Translations under genes and position numbers: made by a program
In this document: positions 17,750 through 31,269 of the stretch, piece by piece
How the letters are laid out: every line of letters begins with the position of its first letter
Numbering within the stretch: the first letter of the stretch is position 1
The notes under the pieces: model-generated
Database searches by the model: none
What the model was told of the DNA's origin: nothing
Seen by the model: only the letters and a program-made list of their open reading frames with translations
Assembly (NCBI RefSeq): GCF_009914755.1
Contig: NC_060926.1
Length of the DNA stretch: 64,000 nucleotides
Direction: 5' to 3' (one strand)
Origin: the human T2T-CHM13v2.0 reference genome, Homo sapiens

Positions 17750-17795
17750 TTACTTTCAATGGCAAAGCCCGCAGTTACTTTTGCACCAACCGAAT
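17750..17795. mobile_element. MADE1, right half
   Basis: ttactttcaatggcaaagcccgcagttacttttgcaccaacc; reverse complement of the left arm at 26/28 positions. Confidence 0.88.
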
Positions 17796-20700
17796 ACATA
17801 CCAATATCAGTCTAAAATGTTGCTACTTTTCAAATTTTCTCCCTTTCATTCTGAATATATATTTTAATAATACCAATGGGGATAAATCAGAGAGTGAGAA
17901 AAAAATGATGGAATCTATAAAATAGGTTATAAGTAAATGTCTCATGCTACATGAGAGGTATTTAATCAATTACTGAATATGGCTTCTATGTACAAATGCA
18001 TGGCTCATGCCATCTGGGTGAAAAATTACTTAAAAAATTATGTTTCTTTTTTACTAATTTTGAAATCAATGTTCATCTTCTCATTGAACTCTGTTCTCTA
18101 ATGCTGGCAGAAAAAGATGGTTAATGTAGATGTCTTTCGAATGGTGACTAAATTAATCTAATTTGTCTGTATTATTTATCAGACTAATAGGTACAACCAA
18201 GAGGCATTTTCACAGACACTTGCTGTTCCAGGCCTAAGCAATCCTGTCACCCTAAGCATGCAGGACACCATCAAATAACCTGCCTTGCCAGTTCATCTTA
18301 CAACGTCTAGCCCATCCGAATCCCAGTTTTGTGAATAAAACAAAAATAGAGAAGTTTTTGCCATTTTCAGATATTCATAGATTACAGATACATTTTGTTT
18401 TTAGCTATCATTCTACACATACTCATATACATTTCTATTATTCTGAAGGCTGAAAAGGGATGAGGCAAAAGAAACATTAAAATGTGCTTTATTACATGAT
18501 ATAGACATTCTTGTATTTCTAATGCATACTTATTTACCAACATCCCTTTTTATATTTTTAGTTTTTAGGCTCTGATTGTCTCTATAATGGCATGCTAGCT
18601 AAGGTAAATTATAATCTGGGCCCAAGATGCGAGGGGTTGGAGACAGAGAAGTGTTTGGATCTTTGGAAAATCAAATGCTTCTAACAATAGGAACATATTC
18701 TGTCATCTTGATTACATCCCTTTCTATTGTCTTTTCATCTCTACCCCCTTATTTTTGCTACTCATACATGCATATTCTATTGTTAAAGCATGCATCCCTT
18801 CTGTCATGTAATTTTAAAAAATCTCCTATAGTGTCCATAGCATGTATCAGTCATGTGCAAATATTCAAAAAACACTGTGAGATGAGTGGAGAACTCTGGA
18901 ATCCTAACTCCTTCTCATTTCCCTAAGGAGAGGGACCCTCTACTTTCTTCATTCACAGTATTTGAAAGTTTGAAGAAAGCAAGTACACCTGTTCTTCAAA
19001 ATATATGTATGCTATGGTTGTCATTTTACATGCTGGCTAGATTCTATTAATTTATAGTTATGAATAGTTTTCAGAAAATGGATCAGTAAAGAGAAATAAA
19101 GATAAAGACTCAAAATTGTTTGTGCCAATTTATTACTAAGTCCTAGGCCTTGTTCCAACCAGCATTTATTAACTTGTTGAGTCTTATCATGCTTCTAATT
19201 TTGCTATTAACATAATCCTTATTTCTAAAAGGGAAAACTGAGGCAAGGAGAAGTTGAATAATTTGCCTAAAGACACAGCTTGTAACTGGTGAACAGGAGA
19301 AGACAGGCTGGGTTCAATCTAGATAAACATCCTGAATCTACAATCTTTGCTTTTAACCAATATTCTGTAGTTAAAACTTTCACATAGAGGTTCATATTCC
19401 CTTCCCTGACGAACAGTTCTGTTCAACCAAACAAACAATATCAGTCAAAGAATTGCTTTTACTCTGCAAATGAAGCTTTCAGACAAGTCCCCTAAAACTT
19501 AATTATATAGCTGACACATAGTGAATTCATAATAAAATCACTTTTTAAAATTATCTACTAAGCAACAACTTCTATTTTTGATTAGAAGAGGTGCAGAAAA
19601 GACTATATCCAATGGATCCTGTCTAGAACCACTTAACATATCTTTGGGGAGATCTTATAGATAAAAATAAAACAAAAGGCAAGCATGTAGTAGGCAGCAA
19701 ATAAGGAAGTGATAAAGATATTCAGCACACATGACAAGTTCTGAACGGTTTTAAAAGAGGGAAATCACTGTGGGCTGCAGCGCAAAAAAGACTGAACTTC
19801 ATGGTGTGAAGGGATTTGAACTAAATTTTATAGATGCTCCAAAATATAGACCACTGGGAAGGCCATAAAGTCCTTTCCATTCTAGATTAGTTACAGGAGT
19901 AAACATGTGGTTAAGAAAGAACATGTTTTTAAGATAAAAAGGATGTGAGTAGGACTAGAGGACAGGGTGGATTTAAGGTAGTAGGGAGATTTGTGGTGAG
20001 ATGGATTAACTAGTTGGACATCACATAAAATCTGGAGAGGAGGTAAATGCTTTACAATTTGAGATGCAGAAAATATAAATCAGTGTTTTAGGAACTAACT
20101 CAATTAAGTGTTGTTCATGATATATAGAAAACTCCAGAAACTCAAGGCAGGGAAAGCAAATAGAAGGCTAGCAATCATTCAGTAATAAATGAATGAAAAC
20201 CTGGCCTATAATGGTGAAGATTGATAAGAAAAGTAGTTAGTGAATAAATGGCTCAGGGGATACAGGAGAAGGGAGAGTGAAAATAAAAATTTAAAATAAT
20301 AATCATTATTATAAAATAATAATAGTGAGGTTGGATCCTGACTGGGAAGAAAAGTAATACTTTTATTGATGAAAATAGGAGGGGTTCCAATTTGAGGTGG
20401 GAAAATGACTTCAGTATGTAAATTGTGAGTTGGCATTTACATACAACAGGAATGTTTCATAAATGGACACTGGTCCATTTGTGATGAGGTAAATTAGGAA
20501 ATGTGGACTTGGTGACATAATAAATAATGAGGGTCTCAGTATAAATCATTATAATGATTGAGCTCTCTAAGAAGGAAAATATGTCCATCGATAGGAAGGA
20601 AGTTTCTATGGGAACAGCATATGTAGAGTCAGAAACAGGAAATATAGAAGGTAACATTTTATAGTATAGGAAAGTGGTAGGAACAGCACTAAATGCCTTA

Positions 20701-22349
20701 TCTTTTGGTCCAAGTTTGGTATTAAAAAAAATGGAATGTGGTCATCACAGAATTAAATGAAGTATGTTGTGAGAAATGCAGAATAATGATTACAGGATGC
20801 AGGTAAAGAAAAAAGGAGACTAACTGATATGATAGAGTAGGCCAGATGTGATGTAAACAGATTTTGCTCAAATAGAAGGAACACTAAGTTCAAGGACGTT
20901 GGGTAGAGCAGTGACATAGAGTGATGAGATCCAAAGTCATCCGGAAAGATTTCTGAGAGAAGAGGAAAAGTAGAAGGAAGACCATTGGGCTTAAATTGCC
21001 CAAGGAAATGGAAAGGAATCATGGGATGTAGTTACAGGAGGGAATGGGTAACACAGGTTTCTCTACATGTCCCTGACATGCTTTTACATATCAGTGAAGT
21101 ACAGGACTATACATTGTAAATTCTACTTTATAAAAATCTTAAAAAGTTAATAAGGTTTAGACAGCTAAAAGTATTCAATTGAATATGGCAAGAATGACAA
21201 TCTAAGCCACATAGTATGCTATCCTAGGCGTTGCAAATAAGGCTAACTGGGAAAAGATTTGGCATATAATCTCATCTTTAATTATGTCCCTCTTAAAGTT
21301 ATGTAATTAAAACTCAACTAAGAAAAAAATCTGTAAATGGATTTCTGTCCTGAGAAACTGATATCCACATGATTTTTTTTTTAGTACAAGTTCTTTTAAT
21401 ATACTCTTTCTCTCTCTCTCTCAGTATTTTTAACCAGATATCCTGAAAAGCTCACAATAGTAGGTTGAATATGTAAATAAAACTTCTTTATTTCTGGTAA
21501 AGCTTGTTTATTCTTGCATATAAGTCTAAAAACCCAAGACTTTCATATACCTTTTAGTAGGTATATAAAATTGAAATATTTTGCTTTTTCAAACAATAAC
21601 AGGAAACTTCACTCCTGCAAATTATAATCATCTTTCAAGGGGAACCCTGAATTCACTTGTGCCCTTGCTCATTTCCACAGGTGATCTACTGTTTTCTTAG
21701 AAATTTTGAATTCATCACCCAGCCCCTCAAAGATCTATTTATAATTCACAGTATATTGATTTCATCTGCTCACTTCCTGCCATAAATCTCTCACAAGGAA
21801 AGTTATAATATGTACAGTGTCTTTTATTACTTCCTATGAAAAATGCTGCTTCTAATCCTACATCATGGATTGTTTTCCCTTAGTTGTCACTTACAACTTA
21901 CCTCATTCAAGTCAAAACTATAAAAAAAAAATCAGCCAATTGTTTTTTTACACAGAAACATGGGGTTATTTAAAGTGGCTTCATAGCAACTAATTATGAC
22001 ACACTTGTGAGAAAAAAAAATCAGCATTATTTGAGCTACACATGTAAACACTTATACTCTTGAAGGTAACAGAATCAACCCAATGTCATTAAATCTATTG
22101 ACCCCTTTATAGTTTTGTTATTTCTTTTCCCTATTAAATAATCCTTTCCCATCTCATTTTATCTCTTCACCATCACATATAGATTGATTTATAGCTCATG
22201 GATAAACCACATGTGATTATCATAATCTACTATTGGTTTTCAAGGAATATAACAGATAAAACAAAAAAAAAGAAAATGAGTTTTACAAAGTGAGGCCATA
22301 GTTTAATGTATTATTTAGGAGCTTCTGGAAATAGGATAATAACCTATCC

Positions 22350-22825
22350 ACTGCATGGATTGCAGAAGGTACACATTCTTCCCCTCCATATATGTTTGCA
22401 GCCCATTTTCAGCTCTTCCCAATCAGTAAGTGAGTCTGTTTCTCTATCCTTGAATCTGAACTTGGTCATGTGACTTGCCAGTGAGACATTAGCAGTTGCT
22501 GTGCAAGCAGAGACTTATAAAATATCTTCACATATTGAGCCAGTTCTCATGTGGAACCCTGAGACCATCTCAAGGCATCCTACTGGATAATTACAGACTT
22601 GTGGCCTGGTTACTCAGCATATAGTCTGCCAACTGCCAGGCATATGAGAGAGGCCATCTTGATCATCCAGCACCATCTGACCCACCAGCTGGTTACAGAA
22701 ATTTGAAGAGCTAACACAGATGAGAAGAGCTACATAGTCAGCCCACAAATAGTAGAATAAATAAGCAGTTGTTTTAAGTCACTGAATTCTGGAATGGTTT
22801 GTTTTGTAACCAAAGTTAATTGATA
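22350..22825 (+). mobile_element. MLT1-type solo LTR
   Basis: ggtcatgtgacttgc...gttgttttaagtcactgaattctggaatggtttgtt. Confidence 0.65.
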
Positions 22826-22903
22826 TCATCTAATCTTTGAAGTCCTAGACTATGAATTAAAATAAAACATATTTAATTAAATTTAAAATGGCATTCAGTA
22901 CAG

Positions 22904-23333
22904 TGTTAAAGCAAACTAAATATGGCCTGAGAAGAACTTCATATTCTATATATGAGTCCCTGTAGACGAACTGCAACCTAACTTCATAGGTAGAGAAGAT
23001 TGAAAACCTAATTTAGGAGTATGCACCTATAACAATAGCTGAGTCTTGTCCAATCCCAGTGGCCATATTTCAAACATCCATACACTGCTGAGTGTTCAAA
23101 CTGTGTTCAAATAAGGCAAACGCCAATCTGTAACCAGTCCAGCTATTCTGTACCTCACTTCCAATTTCTGCATGTCATTTCCCTTTTTTTGTCTATAAAT
23201 GTTCTTCCACCACGTGGCTGCACTGGAGTCTCTTTGAATCTGCTGTGATTCTGGGGGCTGCCCAATTTGTGAATCGTTCATTGCTCAATTAAACTCCCTT
23301 AAAATTAACTTGGGTGAAGTTTTTCTTTTAACA
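22904..23333 (+). mobile_element. MER57-like ERV1 solo LTR
   Basis: TG...CA ends (tgttaaagcaaactaaatatggcctgag...tttcttttaaca), 4-bp TSD acag, CCAAT and tataaa motifs. Confidence 0.82.
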
Positions 23334-23769
23334 ACAGAAATAACTCTGGTCAAGAATTAGGAACCTCAGTATCCCCAGCCTCCTTCACCTATACAGAGCT
23401 TACTTGGCAGTGATCTAATATTGGGACGCTAATTCATATATGAATCACTATTCCCAAGTCCACCCAGCATCTCTATCTTGTGATGGATGTGTCAGTTTTC
23501 CAGTTCTCCTTCTGTTCATCCTTCTATCCATTCCTAATCAGCCTCACTAACTATAATAATTCCAGAGCCAACCACAGGTTTCTAGTAAAGTTCAAGTTTT
23601 ATAACAAAGATTGGCTATAACTCTCTTTCACACGGATATAACTCAGGACTTTCTGATTCTGCAAACAGAAACCTTGTTAGAATTTCTAACATGATGTACT
23701 GGGGCAGTCTCCCAAGCCTGAACACCTATGCAGAAAACTTTTCAGCTTTATGTCTTGTTATGGTTTTAA

Positions 23770-24343
23770 TTCTCAATATAAAACTTTCCATCCCAAAATA
23801 TACATCATTGACATAGGATTATTCTGAGTTGAAAGCAATTGAGAAACAATAGACACAGGAAAAGCTCATCCATCTAAAGAATATCAGAGCATAAATTTCC
23901 CTTCTTAAAGGTGTCCCCCTCTCTCAGACCTGAAAAAAAAACCTTTATCACCAGAGAAGAAGAAAGCACCGAGAAGAATCCACACAAACAAAACCTTACA
24001 AAATAACCATTATCTTCCATTAATTTACAGCATGCATTTATCTTCCCATAATTTACAGCCTGTACAATCTCCAACCCCTTTCCTTTGTCTAGTAAGGTCT
24101 CCACAATTTCTCATGCTTTGTTAAAAGGGCATATCACTCTTCCGGGTCTAACCTCTTCTTCGGGTCTTTACTTCAGGTCTTTACTTTTTTTTTTCAATGA
24201 ATGGCTCCTTGTACATGCAAAGATTAACATCAAAGAAAATTCATATGCTTTTTCTCTTATTAACCTTTCTTTTGTCAGTTTAATTCACAGATCTCAGCCA
24301 CAGAAGCTAAGAGAATAGAAGAAATGATTTTTCTTCCCCTACA
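23770..24343 (+). mobile_element. ERV1 LTR (LTR37/MER34/MER31-like)
   Basis: cccaaaata...ttttgtcagtttaattcacag...ttcttcccctaca. Confidence 0.6.
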
Positions 24344-24987
24344 TCTACCACAGGACATCTTTTGAGATAGACTCAGGAAATTTTGAATTCATGGAAGCCA
24401 GACTGAAACTAATTTATAGCTTGCAACAAAATGAAGAGGAGATTTCATATTTTTTTTCCTTTTCACTAATCATGACTGACTCCAGGTTCTACTCTCCATA
24501 ATCAATGACCATGTAACCCTTTCTCTTCCTTTGGACCATAGAAATTAACCTATGCTTCCCATCTTGCTAACTCCCTATGGACAACTTCATCTTTTATTTT
24601 TACCCTTTTCCTATCTTAGCAACTTCAGTACCTAATAAAACAATGCTCCATTAGACCTTTCCAGTAGTTGTAATTATCTAAATAGGTAATCTTAAAATTG
24701 ATTTAGCTAATAAATGTAGATGACTAAAAGTATCCTTTTCAGTTTTATGAAAACTGAAACTTGAAAAGCTAAAATTTTTACATTTTGAGAACGAATGTCT
24801 GTATTCTATGATCAAATTAAAACTATATGCATTCTAAAAGTTGATTTTTTAGCCTTTTTAAGACAAAAAAAGAACAATTAACAAAATCAAATGTGTTTTG
24901 AAACACTCCTAAACAATAAGCACATAGCCCTTTTAACAGAAGAGAGAAACATATTTCCAGTGAAATATAACTTAAAAGTGAAATACT

Positions 24988-25303
24988 GGCAGGGCGCGGT
25001 GGCTCACGCCTGTAATACTAGCACTTTGGGAGGCCAAGGCGAGTGGATCACCTGAGGTTGGGAGTTCAAGACCAGCCTGACCAACATGGAGAAACCCCGT
25101 CTCTACTAAAAATACAAAATTAGTCAGGCGTGGAGGCACATGCCTATAATCCCAGCTACTTGGAAGGCTGAGGCAGGAGAATCACTTGAACCTGGGAGGC
25201 GGAGGTTGTGGTGAGCCAAGCCAACATCATGCAATCCAGGCTGGATTGCAATCCAGCCTGGGCAACGAGAGCAAAAACTCCACCTCAAAAAAAAAAAAAA
25301 AAA
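24988..25303 (+). mobile_element. AluSp-like Alu with internal palindromic rearrangement
   Basis: cctgaccaacatggagaaacc; TSD aaaagtgaa(a/g)ta(c/t)t. Confidence 0.93.
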
Positions 25304-27100
25304 GTGAAGTATTGCTATCAGGAGTCTTGAAAAAGCAATCTAAAAATATTATAAAGCTATTATTCACAAGTTTGAATCCTAATCACAAATGTGGGAATTA
25401 TATCTCATTGCAATTTGTTGACAGTATCAAGCTGGAGATTAAACAAAAGTCAATGTCTATAAATATAAAGAGAAAAGAAGGGCAGATAGCAGGCACCTAT
25501 CATGTCATTCAACATGGTTGCTAATGCAATTAAATTCCAAACATGCATATGTATGAGATTTGACCAATTAATTTACTAATGGTATCTATGTTAATATTGA
25601 AAAGTGATTATTTTGAAAGTTATTTATTTATACTTTATTAAATGTTTTAGATGTATAGAATAGTAGAGAGAATATGACTTGAGAAACCTTACCATTTTGC
25701 TATAAATGCTTCATATTATTAAGAACAATCTTATTATAGCTATTGTTGAAAGTATATAGTTCTCTCAATACCATTTCTTTTTTTCTTTTATCTCTCCAGA
25801 GAAAGCAAGATGTTGATGGTGTATGATTTTTAATGTGCTTAATTTTTAAATTTTGAACTAATTTTAGGCTTACAGAAAAGTTTCAAAAATTAGTACAGGG
25901 AGTTGCCTTCTGTTTCTAATGAAAACGCCTCACGTAATGATTATATAGTTATCAAAAAATTGCTAAAATTTGAAAATATTACTATGTTATTTCAAAAACA
26001 ATATGTTGTATTGTTTACATAGTTTTCAATATCACATCAACCATATCATTTGAGAATATTTTTATTGTGTTGTATTATTTGTTTTAATCAAATTGTGTTT
26101 AAGATAACTATGTAAATAGATGTAGCACTAGTTCTTTTTTTAAGTACTGCACAATGAACCATTATTCTCTCTAAAAGTGTGAATTGCTAGGTGAAAGTAT
26201 ATGAACCATTTCAAAATTTCAAAATGTTACAAATAGCTCTTCAGAGTAGTTGTACAAAATTGTAATTTTCATCAATTGTGTGTGAAAGTCTGGTTTTTTC
26301 TCATTACAAAACTTTTAAAAACTTTTCACAAATTATGGGTGGAAAAATCTCACTGTTTCATTATAAATTTTCTTAATAGTTGGAGAGATTGACTATACTT
26401 TAGTATGATTATATTTCCTTTTCTGTCCCCTAGCATAACTTGTCCATATTTATCTTCATCTCTGTAATGGTATGTTATAAACTTCAGTTGTAATCCTTTG
26501 TTGGTTTTAAGGATTGCAACTATACACCACTAGTGTTTTGTTTTGTCTTTTAAATTTCTACATAGCTTCTGCTGCAAAGAGTTTTTAATTTCAATGAGAT
26601 AAAATATACTAAACTTATACTTCCTGATTTTTGTGTATCATTTGTGAAATCTGTTCTTACCCTGAGTTTATAAAGATATTCTGTATTCTTTGATATTAAA
26701 AAGCTCATCATATTTGCACCATTAAAATACTTGAATTTTTGAATATAGTTTGAGTTGGAGATAACATTTTGTTTCATTTTTTGCATATAAATTGTTCTAG
26801 TATAATTCATTAAATTCATTATTTTTCAATTTATTTGTAATGCTAACTAGGCAATGTATAATCAATTTACATAAAAGTTATATATAAATATGGATCTGCC
26901 TCTGAGCCCTCTGTTCTTTTTCATTTAATTGTTTTTTATTGGTAATATCATATTGTGTTAATTACTTTCACTTTTTAATAATAAAGACAATTGTGTCAAG
27001 GAGAGACTACAAATTTATATTTCTTTAAAATTGCCTTGGCAATTGGTGATATTTTGCTCTTCTATGTGAATTCTACTATCAACATGTGCAGTTTCATTAA

Positions 27101-27275
<175 letters not shown>

Positions 27276-27497
27276 GAGACATTTTGGCATTTTGAATTGC
27301 ATTAAATTTACAGATAATTTGGGATAATTTTCCATGGCTATGGAAATTGACTTTTTGCATCATGAAAGTAACACTCTCCCCCTTTAAGATTATCTTTTAT
27401 GTCCTTCATAAACATTTTAAAATTTTCTATGTTAATGTTTTGTGAATACTTTGTTGTTATTACTAGCTTAAGAATAGCTTTTTTAAGATCACATTAC

Positions 27498-27805
27498 TTT
27501 TTTTGGGGTGGGTGGCGGGGGGGCGTGGAGAGTCACACTCTGTCACCCAGGCTGGAGTATGGTGGTGCAATCTTGGCTCACTGCAACCTCTGCCTCCTAG
27601 GTTCAACTGATTCTCATATCTCAGCCTCCTGAGTAGCTGGAATTGCAGGCATACGACAACATGCCCAGCTAATTTTTGTATTTTTAGTAAAGACAGGGTT
27701 TTGCCATTTTGGCCAGGCTAGTCTCGAACTCCTGGCCTCAAGTGATCCACCCACCTCAGCTCCCCAGAGTGCCGGGATTACAGGCATGAGCCACCGCTCC
27801 AGGCC
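27498..27805 (-). mobile_element. Alu (older S/J type)
   Basis: antisense dimer ending gagccaccgctccaggcc. Confidence 0.92.
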
Positions 27806-30348
27806 TAATCACATTTCTCGATTAGTCATTGGATGTAGGGACACCATTTGAATTTATATTAAGCAATATTTGCTTTTTTTAAAAAATATGCTATGTTTAG
27901 TTAAAACAAAACATCAGAATGCATCCCACTAAATAAGCATATTCTTTGGTAAAACAGAAACATATATACTTAGCTACAGTGTAAAATGTGAAATTTGTTA
28001 ACTTAGATTACAGGCATTTAAGGACACTAGTTTAAGTTTGAAGCTGTTAAGTTCCTTACGCCATTACTTTATATTTTTTTAATTAGTGGGAATACATAGA
28101 TATATTGTTACTGACTTTATATTCCTAAAACAAATGTTATTTCCCTCCATCTTTAATAATTCAGTTATAGAATTATGTATTTCCTTAGTAGTCTGAAGAT
28201 TTTACTCTTGTTGCTGATGAGAAGTCTGTTTAAATACCATTGTCTTCCTTCTGCAGATAGTGTCTACTACTTCTGGTAGCATCTTAAGATTTTCCCTTTT
28301 TCATGATCTTCTGCAGTTTTACTTCAATTGCTGACTTAATTTAATTATTCTTAACGCTTACAGCAAATTTCCCATCTAGAGACATTTCTTTCTTCATTTC
28401 TAGTAAACTCTGTGTCATTATCACTTTGAGTATTACTTTTCTATCATCTGTCTCTTCTTTGCCATTTGTCAACATTTATTAGCTAAAAGACTATTAAATC
28501 TATTAGTTTATCCTCCAAGTTTCACAAGTGTTCTCATGTTTTTTGTATCTTACTGCCTCTAACATTAATTAATTTCTTATTAATGAATTAGCATCTTATT
28601 TATGCATTATCACTTTCACTAGTACAATATAATTTTTATTTTATCAATAAAGATTACTTTTTAATTTTAATTATAGTGATCATATTTTTTTATTTCCAAG
28701 ATATTCAATTGTTTTAATTTTAACAAATTTTTTTCTTACATATGTATATTTGGCCTCCTGGATGTCCCTATTTCTTGTTCTTTTCATACTTTTTTTTTCT
28801 TTGCTTCTTTGATGAACCCCAAGTAAATATTCTTCAGATTCTCCTATCATTTTCATTTTCATTCATCTTCTGCTTGGTGGGGTTTTTTAAGCTGTCTTTC
28901 TTAAGAATCCATGTGTTGTGGAAATTGAATTTGAGCATCCTAAAGGGGTTATTTTTTAACCTCTCTTTTAGTACTCACTTCTCTCTACTGGGTGGTTTTA
29001 GAGTGGACTTCATTGAGCCTCTGCGTCTTAAACTGCAGCCCTCTCTTTCATAATTCATTTGAGTTTTTGCTCCACAGAGCATATGAGAGCTTGTAGAGTC
29101 AATAACTTGCAATGGACTTGCATCAGAGCTGGTCATAAGGCAGTTTCTGTGGCCTCTAAGCTTCTAGGGTTAGTCACTTCCTACAAGTCATTGGCCTAAC
29201 AGTAGATGGCACAGCTTTATTTCAGGCTTGCTTCCCTGTGGGGCAGTATTCCCCAGTCCTTGGAGTAAGTAAATTCTTTTTAGATGCTGTCTCTCTGTAG
29301 CATCTATGTAGCCTGGAATCTCAGAATTCTGTTTCAGTCATTTTCTCTGCTTTGTATTTCTGTTCTGTTTATCACTCAAAGAAAAGTCTATCTTGCTTTT
29401 TGAGATTAGCTATCTCTAATTTTCATTTTAAATATATTTTATAAATCGTTACTGTGGTTTTAAAGTCAGAAATGGCCTAAAAGTGTAGACTTTTAACAGT
29501 GTCTTCACCAGGTATCTTGATTCTTCATAGGAAAAGTGAACTACTGCATTTTCCTCTTTTTATACTGTGAACTTCCAAAGGGTAGAAGGAAGACATTTTC
29601 ATCCTTATTCGCTCATACCTAATAATCTATGGCACACTGTAAGCACTTAATAAATATTGAATTGTATTTTATGGCTATTGTCATCTTTTAAACCTGAGGC
29701 CAAAATGTTCATTCTATGTGAATTGGGAAGTTAAAGAAGAAAGCCTTTATCCCATCCATTTCTTATATTCAGCTATATGAAGGATCAAAGTCTGAATCTG
29801 ACAGTGAAATTTAGAACTCTCTGATATTTTTAACACCTAAAAATATGAATCTAGTTAAATACTTAAAACATGAATACTTAAAAACATGAAAATAATTTTG
29901 GGTAACAAGTTAGAGATATAACAAAAGAACATATAGTTTTTCAGATTTAATAAAATGGAATACCTAGATGGAAACACATTTTACATCTTACTTATATTTA
30001 TTTATATGTGCCAATAACTGGGTGTTTTGAGGGTTTTAGTTTTGATTTGTTTTGTCTGTTTTCTTTTTTGGTCTGGCAAGTTAAACTATACATTCACCTA
30101 AAAAGCTTTCAGAGAGGATTGCAATGGTTAAGCAAAGGGCAACTTCTTGGCAGGAGGTGGGGTGTGGTAGGGAGGATATTCAGAAAGATTCGTATAAACT
30201 ATCAATACAGACTAATTATATTTTTTAAGTTTTAGTCAGACCTTAATGCACTACTTTATATCTATAATTATTGTAATTATTTCTGATTGTCTAACTACTC
30301 TAATTCATATGCTAAAAATAATTTAAGACAAAAATCATTGTCCTCAAT

Positions 30349-30675
30349 CAGAGGTTGCCAACCCCTGGACCACAGATGAGTACTGGTCCATGGCTTGTTA
30401 GGAGCCAGGAGGAATAGCAGGAGGTGAGCAGCAGGTGACTCAGCATTATCATGTGAGCTCCACCTGCTGTCAGATCAGCAATGGCATTAGAGTTTCATAC
30501 GAGCGCAAACCCTGTTATGAGGGATCCAGATTGTGTGCTCCTTTTGAGAATCTAACTATTACCTGATGATCTGAGGTGGAACAGTTTCATCCCAAAACCA
30601 TCCCCTGCCTTCGTCCATGAAAAAATTATCTTCCATCAAACCAGTTCTTGTTGTTCAAAAGGTTGAGGACCACTG
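30349..30675. mobile_element. MER1B-like hAT DNA transposon
   Basis: TIRs cagaggttgccaacc / ggttgaggaccactg, 8-bp TSD tcctcaat / tcctaaat. Confidence 0.85.
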
Positions 30676-31269
30676 TCCTAAATGATCCACAAATGTGTCA
30701 CAAATACAGTACAATAATTTTATATTAAAATCATGCTTATTTATATATTCTTTAGATACACTTTCTCATAAAATTTTCATAGAAAATGTATGGGTTGATT
30801 TTCCATTTTGTAGGTAAGGAAATAAACACATAGAAGTACAGAGGAAACAAACAGCAAACTGTGATTTGAACCCTGGGCTCGACCGATGTTTCAAACTCTT
30901 GGCCATCATGTTTCACTTCCCTACATATGTTTCAACACTTCCCTACAGTCAGTAAAGTGTCATGGATTCTACTGGCTTTGATTTTGGATGACAGAATTAG
31001 AGTGATTTGATTGTATGTATACTTTAATTAAAATGTTTTCAGTTTAATTTACTACGGTTGAAACAGGATCTAAAATATGACAAAACCTCCTAGGGCATCT
31101 TTGCCTTCAGACACGGCACTCACAACCCTTACACTTCATCAGACCTAAACATAACACTGAGTGATCTCATGAAATATAAATCCTACTTTTAATACTCTAT
31201 TATATGAATATATATATACATATATATGTATTAGCATTACAACACTCTCGTTTTTTTCATCATCTTATC

